This document shows, in pieces, positions 59,529 through 64,000 of a stretch of DNA of 64,000 nucleotides; position 1 is the stretch's first letter, and every line of letters begins with the position of its first letter. The notes under the pieces are model-generated. The model saw only the letters and a program-made list of their open reading frames with translations. It had not been told where the DNA came from and searched no databases. Source of the DNA: Candidatus Levyibacteriota bacterium (lineage in GTDB: Bacteria; Patescibacteriota; Microgenomatia; Levybacterales; UBA12049); the NCBI GenBank assembly GCA_041906785.1, contig JAYRIM010000021.1, positions 17,881 to 81,880 on the forward strand, read 5' to 3'. The translations under genes were made by a program, and so were the position numbers.

Positions 59529-59667
59529 AAAAGTAAATCTAGATTCAAGATTTAAGATTCACGATTTAAGAACGTAAGAATATTGTAGCAGAACAATTTC
59601 TTTTGCACTCGTATAAAACTAACATTCTATATTTTTAAAGCAAAAAATGCTACAGTAGTGTTAGAAC

Positions 59668-61287
59668 ATGTTTACTTCTTGGCCTCATAGCGTTATATAT
59701 CAAATTTACCCCCGGAGTTTTAAAGATTCTAATGCTGACGGTATTGGAGATCTAAAAGGTATTATAGAAAAATTACCGTATTTAGCAGAGTTAGGAGTAG
59801 ACGCACTATGGATATCACCTTTTTTTACGTCTCCTATGAAAGATTTTGGCTATGATATTTCCGATTATTATTCTGTTGACCCAATTTTCGGAACGTTAGA
59901 CGATATTGACCTTCTCATAAAAGAAGCACACACACGCAATCTTAAAGTAATGATGGATTTTGTCCCAAACCATACATCAAATCAACATCCATGGTTTCTT
60001 GAATCTGCCTCGTCAAAAGACAATCCAAAAAGAGATTGGTATATTTGGAAAGATCCAAAATCAATCGATAATGAAACAAATAAACCAACTCCTCCTAATA
60101 ACTGGTTAAGTATTTTTGGAGGGTCAGTTTGGGAATGGCACGATCAGACAAAACAATACTATTTACACACATTTTTAAAAGAACAACCTGATCTGAATTG
60201 GCGTAATCCCGAAGTCGTTCAAGCAATGCTGGAGGTAATCCGTTTTTGGTTAAAGCGGGGTATTGATGGGCTCCGTGTTGATGCGTTTATATTCGTGTAT
60301 AAAGATCAAAAATTTTTAGATGAACCGATTAAACCAGAATCCGAATGGGATAGACAACGCATATTTTATAACCTAAACCATATATATACAGTAAATCAGC
60401 CTGAGCTGCTGACACTTCTTGATACATTTTGTGATGTACTCGACGAATTTGGAGGGAAATTCATGATTACAGAGACATCCGGAAGACTACTCACTATGGA
60501 ACAACTGATTCAGCTGTATAGATCACGCAGGGAGCATGTTCATGCTCCTTTTAATTTTTATTTTATTAATTTACCTTGGGACGCCAATGTTTATAAAACA
60601 TTTATTGATGAATATGATGCACGAGTAGGTAATACATCTATTCCAACGTTTGTACTTGGAAACCATGATAAACCGCGAGTGACAAGCAGAATTGGGAAAG
60701 AAGCTGCAAGGACTGCTGCAATGTTATTACTTACGCTTCGTGGTATTCCAACAATTTATTACGGTGAAGAAATAGGTATGGAAGATGGAGATATCCGCGC
60801 AGAAGATGCTAAAGATCCTCATAGAACAGTTGTAGATGGAAAGCTTGTAAGCAGGGATCCAGAACGGACTCCCATGCAATGGAATAGTGAAACTTTTGCT
60901 GGATTTTCTGAAACAAAGCCATGGTTACCATTACAGAAAAATGTAAACATTATTAATGTTCTAACTGAGAGTTCAGATCCAACGTCAATGTTATCGTTAT
61001 ATAAAGCCATATTGCAACTTCGCAAAACACATCTTCCATTAACAAAAGGGACATATTATTCACTACCTGAAAGTAACGATAACGTTTTAGCATACATGAG
61101 AGAAACAGAAAATGAAAAAATACTCGTACTTTTAAACTTTTCTGGCGATATAGTATCTATATCACTTCCAGTGCAGAAATGTGAATTATTGCTTTCAACA
61201 TATCTTGATAAAGATAAGGGTGTTATTACTACACTGACAAGTTTCACTCTCCGGCCATATGAAGGTATTATGTTTAAAATATACTAA
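59668..61287 (+). CDS. GH13 alpha-glucosidase / oligo-1,6-glucosidase-like
   Basis: YQIYPRSF, GVDALWISPFF, DFVPNHTS, GIDGLRVDA, LGNHDKPR conserved GH13 regions. Confidence 0.8.
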   Translation: MFTSWPHSVIYQIYPRSFKDSNADGIGDLKGIIEKLPYLAELGVDALWISPFFTSPMKDFGYDISDYYSVDPIFGTLDDIDLLIKEAHTRNLKVMMDFVPNHTSNQHPWFLESASSKDNPKRDWYIWKDPKSIDNETNKPTPPNNWLSIFGGSVWEWHDQTKQYYLHTFLKEQPDLNWRNPEVVQAMLEVIRFWLKRGIDGLRVDAFIFVYKDQKFLDEPIKPESEWDRQRIFYNLNHIYTVNQPELLTLLDTFCDVLDEFGGKFMITETSGRLLTMEQLIQLYRSRREHVHAPFNFYFINLPWDANVYKTFIDEYDARVGNTSIPTFVLGNHDKPRVTSRIGKEAARTAAMLLLTLRGIPTIYYGEEIGMEDGDIRAEDAKDPHRTVVDGKLVSRDPERTPMQWNSETFAGFSETKPWLPLQKNVNIINVLTESSDPTSMLSLYKAILQLRKTHLPLTKGTYYSLPESNDNVLAYMRETENEKILVLLNFSGDIVSISLPVQKCELLLSTYLDKDKGVITTLTSFTLRPYEGIMFKIY

Positions 61288-61385
61288 TTTGGAATTACAG
61301 AAAATGTAACATACACTTCTCAAGTCTTACATGTTTCATATTATCCCTTTATTACACCTTCACATCAGTAATATATAAATATCTT

Positions 61386-61799
61386 ATGGATCAACGTCTT
61401 TTGAATGAGGCCAAACGGATTAGTAAAATTAGAAGGACTCGTCTTATTTTATTTCAAATACTCACAGTCGTATACGTTATCATTTTATTCTTCCTCATTT
61501 TAGGCTTTATTTTTCGGATATTCGGTGCTGACCCTACTGGGTTCTTTGTCGCTTTCATTTACGCAGGATCAGAATTCTGGAAGATTCCTTTTTATAGCAT
61601 TATTCCCGGAGTAAAGCTCTCTGGAGATGCATTGTTTGATAATGTAAGCCTTATTGCGCTTTTTAGCTATACAGCTACGTATCTCTTTATTCTTACATTA
61701 ATTTACCTTTGGTCTCGAATTCTTATCCAAAAACGCCAAATGGATGTTGAACAAAAAACGAATATAATAGTAGTCGATAGACCTGTCGAAATCTCCTGA
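61386..61799 (+). CDS. hypothetical 3-TM membrane protein
   Basis: 137-aa ORF. Confidence 0.3.
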   Translation: MDQRLLNEAKRISKIRRTRLILFQILTVVYVIILFFLILGFIFRIFGADPTGFFVAFIYAGSEFWKIPFYSIIPGVKLSGDALFDNVSLIALFSYTATYLFILTLIYLWSRILIQKRQMDVEQKTNIIVVDRPVEIS

Positions 61800-61837
61800 T
61801 TACCGCATTTTTTCTAACCTGATGTATAATATGATGT

Positions 61838-62491
61838 ATGGAGTCTGAAATCGCAACAAAATTAGACGAGTTTTTTACACAATTTAAAAAACAAACGTAT
61901 AAAAAAGGGGAAATGTTAGTTAGGGCTGATGATAACCCTTCTGGGATATTCTATTTAACGAAAGGGAGTGTAAAGCAATATGCTATTTCGAAAAAGGGTG
62001 ACGAACTGGTCGTTAACATGTTTAAACCAATTTCTTTTTTCCCTATGTCATGGGCGATGAATGATACGCCTAATCATTATTATTTCGAAACTATTACAGA
62101 AGCAGAAGTATGGAAAGCTCCTGTTGAAAAAGTTCTCGAATTTCTTCGAATGAATTCAGACGTTCTCTATGATCTACTAAAAAGGGTTTATAGAGGAACA
62201 GACGGACTTTTTATGCGAATGACATATCTTATGTCTGGAAATGCGAACTCACGTCTAATAACTGAATTATTAATTCATGCAAAACGATTTGGAAAAAAAA
62301 ACTCAACGCAAGGCTCAATTACACTAGAAATGACAGAGAGCGACTTAGCAACTTCAGCAGGTATGACCCGTGAAACTGTCAGTAGGGAAATGAAGGTGCT
62401 GAAATCAAAAAACCTTGTCTCACTCGAAAATAACGCTATTATAATTCACAGTATTTCCAATCTTGAAGAAGAACTTTCTGGAGACTATTAA
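61838..62491 (+). CDS. Crp/Fnr-family transcriptional regulator
   Basis: cNMP-binding beta-barrel N-terminus, C-terminal HTH LATSAGMTRETVSREMKVLKSKNLV. Confidence 0.7.
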   Translation: MESEIATKLDEFFTQFKKQTYKKGEMLVRADDNPSGIFYLTKGSVKQYAISKKGDELVVNMFKPISFFPMSWAMNDTPNHYYFETITEAEVWKAPVEKVLEFLRMNSDVLYDLLKRVYRGTDGLFMRMTYLMSGNANSRLITELLIHAKRFGKKNSTQGSITLEMTESDLATSAGMTRETVSREMKVLKSKNLVSLENNAIIIHSISNLEEELSGDY

Positions 62492-62859
62492 GTAGTCGAC
62501 CTCGTAATTATTTCATCTGTAGGAATGATTCTATTTCGAATATCCTCACCTTTTGGTAAACCTGTCGGTAATAAATATCCTTGCCATTTACCACCCCCAA
62601 CAAATAATTCTAAGTGAATAAGATCTGTAAAATCAGCTTCGTCCTTGACGTCATATATTCTATATTTACCAATTGCGAGAATATGATCGGTTTTATGTTC
62701 TTTTTGGGAAGCTACGAGTATTTCACCGATATTATTACTATGGATCCAGGCGAATTTCTTTCTTCCATCTAATTGCAGAACTTTTGTTTGTCCCTTGGTT
62801 TCTATTAATTTATATACTCCTTCAGTAGAAACTTTAATCATACATATGATGTACATCAT
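62488..62859 (-). CDS. hypothetical protein (123 aa)
   Basis: ORF convergent with Crp gene; no family recognised. Confidence 0.3.
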   Translation of the reverse strand: MMYIICMIKVSTEGVYKLIETKGQTKVLQLDGRKKFAWIHSNNIGEILVASQKEHKTDHILAIGKYRIYDVKDEADFTDLIHLELFVGGGKWQGYLLPTGLPKGEDIRNRIIPTDEIITRSTT

Positions 62860-62955
62860 TTTCTAATTTTCCACTATGACATTCCTCACTTCTCTATATT
62901 GATTAATATCAATGATCAGTCTGAATAAGTTTGTTATGAATAATACGGAAAGGGG

Positions 62956-63306
62956 GTGATGTATATGGGTCTTACATGGAAAGATATCGCTACAACAATC
63001 TTAGCACTTTGCGTTTTTGGCATATATTATGCAATGTCTAAAGGAGTCTCTCTTCCTCTTATCACCGGGTATAGAGGTGCTATTCTCGTTTTAGCTCTTT
63101 TAGGAATAGCGATGTGTTCATTGTCAGGCGGAACGAATACAAACACGGGTGTCTTTTTTATAGCAGCGAGCTTTTTAGGCGTTGTCGCGCTGGTACTTAT
63201 CATTTATGGACTAATTACAGGTACAAAAATAGCATTCGTATTGCTTGCTGTAAATCTAATAGTCTTGTGGCTTATCGCAACGCTTCGCCACTTACTAAAG
63301 ATATAG
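62956..63306 (+). CDS. small 4-TM membrane protein
   Basis: 116-aa hydrophobic ORF. Confidence 0.3.
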   Translation: MMYMGLTWKDIATTILALCVFGIYYAMSKGVSLPLITGYRGAILVLALLGIAMCSLSGGTNTNTGVFFIAASFLGVVALVLIIYGLITGTKIAFVLLAVNLIVLWLIATLRHLLKI

Positions 63307-63382
63307 CATTGACCTGAATCACATATTTTTTTTGATAAGAATCACTGCAGATCTTCATATATCCTTATAATCTACGAGGAGT

Positions 63383-63805
63383 ATGACTGATTCAGTAATC
63401 GAAATATTGCGAAATAAACCTATTAAACTATGTGTTCTAGGCACGGCGTCTTCTTCTGGACAACCATGGTGCGCAGTCGTGGCGTACGCTATTGAAGATA
63501 ATGAAAAAGTTATTATTTGTACAAAAAAAGAAAGTAGAAAATGGAAAAATATTACTGAGAATTCGAAAGTAGCGCTTGTGTTTGGTTTTGATATGAATGA
63601 AACTAATATCCAATGTGAGGGAACTGCAACAATTATAGAACAGGGGGATCCTTATCGAGAATGCGAAAACGTCTTCTATAATGTGAATCCATATGCAGCA
63701 AAATATAAAAATGAGAAAACAATATTTATAATGGTAAAACTTACAAAAGGAAGAATTTCTGAGTTAAAAACTTTTCCTCCGAGTATGAAAGAATTTAACA
63801 TATGA
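63383..63805 (+). CDS. pyridoxamine 5'-phosphate oxidase-like FMN-binding split-barrel protein
   Basis: 140 aa; pattern ALVFGFD...CEGTATII resembles PNPOx-like family. Confidence 0.4.
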   Translation: MTDSVIEILRNKPIKLCVLGTASSSGQPWCAVVAYAIEDNEKVIICTKKESRKWKNITENSKVALVFGFDMNETNIQCEGTATIIEQGDPYRECENVFYNVNPYAAKYKNEKTIFIMVKLTKGRISELKTFPPSMKEFNI

Positions 63806-64000
63806 AACCTCCAGTTATTCTAAGAAAGACATTCATTTTTCTATTCGCGGTATCATATAAAATTATCATAAAACCCATCTTGTTCCACATTGATCCTGAA
63901 CTCGTGCATAACCATATGACACGATTTGGCGAAAGATTAGCTAGAAATCCCTTGTATAAATCTGCTATCAGTTATACATATCAGTATGAAAATAAAGCAC
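63802..64000 (+). CDS. pyrD: dihydroorotate dehydrogenase (quinone-type), N-terminal fragment (continues beyond window)
   Basis: ATGA overlap with upstream stop; ...FHIDPELVHNHMTRFGERLA parallels PyrD N-terminus FQLDPERAHEFTFQQL. Confidence 0.45.
   Translation, partial: MKPPVILRKTFIFLFAVSYKIIIKPILFHIDPELVHNHMTRFGERLARNPLYKSAISYTYQYENKA

Overview
This is an AT-rich (roughly 35% GC) bacterial chromosomal window with a small-genome, CPR/Patescibacteria-like character. That placement is inference, based on a split transketolase, a short UvrC, obg, secG, many short hypothetical membrane proteins and non-ATG overlapping starts.

Features I can support:
- Six tRNAs: Glu-UUC, Lys-UUU, Lys-CUU, Arg-UCG, His-GUG with an encoded G-1, and a probable Cys-GCA.
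- DNA repair genes: uvrA, a short uvrC lacking the HhH domain, and dinB.
- A glycerate-2-kinase fused in one ORF to the transketolase N-terminal half, next to a separate transketolase C-terminal half.
- A four-gene minus-strand exopolysaccharide locus: a WbpA/TviB-like UDP-GlcNAc 6-dehydrogenase, a HasA/NodC-like processive GT2 synthase, a NodB deacetylase and a secreted beta-sandwich protein.
- A MacA/MacB/FtsX-type ABC efflux set.
- Other recognisable genes include obg, secG, rnhB, a rhomboid protease, a GH13 alpha-glucosidase, a Crp/Fnr regulator, a UbiA prenyltransferase, and HD-domain, HNH-endonuclease and PQQ sugar dehydrogenase proteins.

The most unusual content:
1. An IS200-like HUH-Y1 (RAYT-type) transposase gene flanked by inverted copies of a ~40-nt hairpin element, with further copies of that element at the 3' ends of uvrA and another gene.
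2. A second, unrelated ~85-nt composite palindromic repeat family rich in GGTACC, present six times in intergenic gaps.
3. Three GC-rich islets in AT-rich surroundings. Two carry ORFs for signal-peptide proteins; island 1 has strong GC3 bias and an actinobacterial-style terminator, island 2 has weaker GC3 bias and may be an RNA. The third (14329-14730) has no ORF and many GNRA-capped hairpins, so it is a candidate large structured ncRNA.
4. Short 7-mer tandem or inverted repeat arrays (GTTATGA / GTTGTCA) that recur at or just upstream of these islets.

I cannot run homology or structure searches, so all product calls rest on motifs read by eye.
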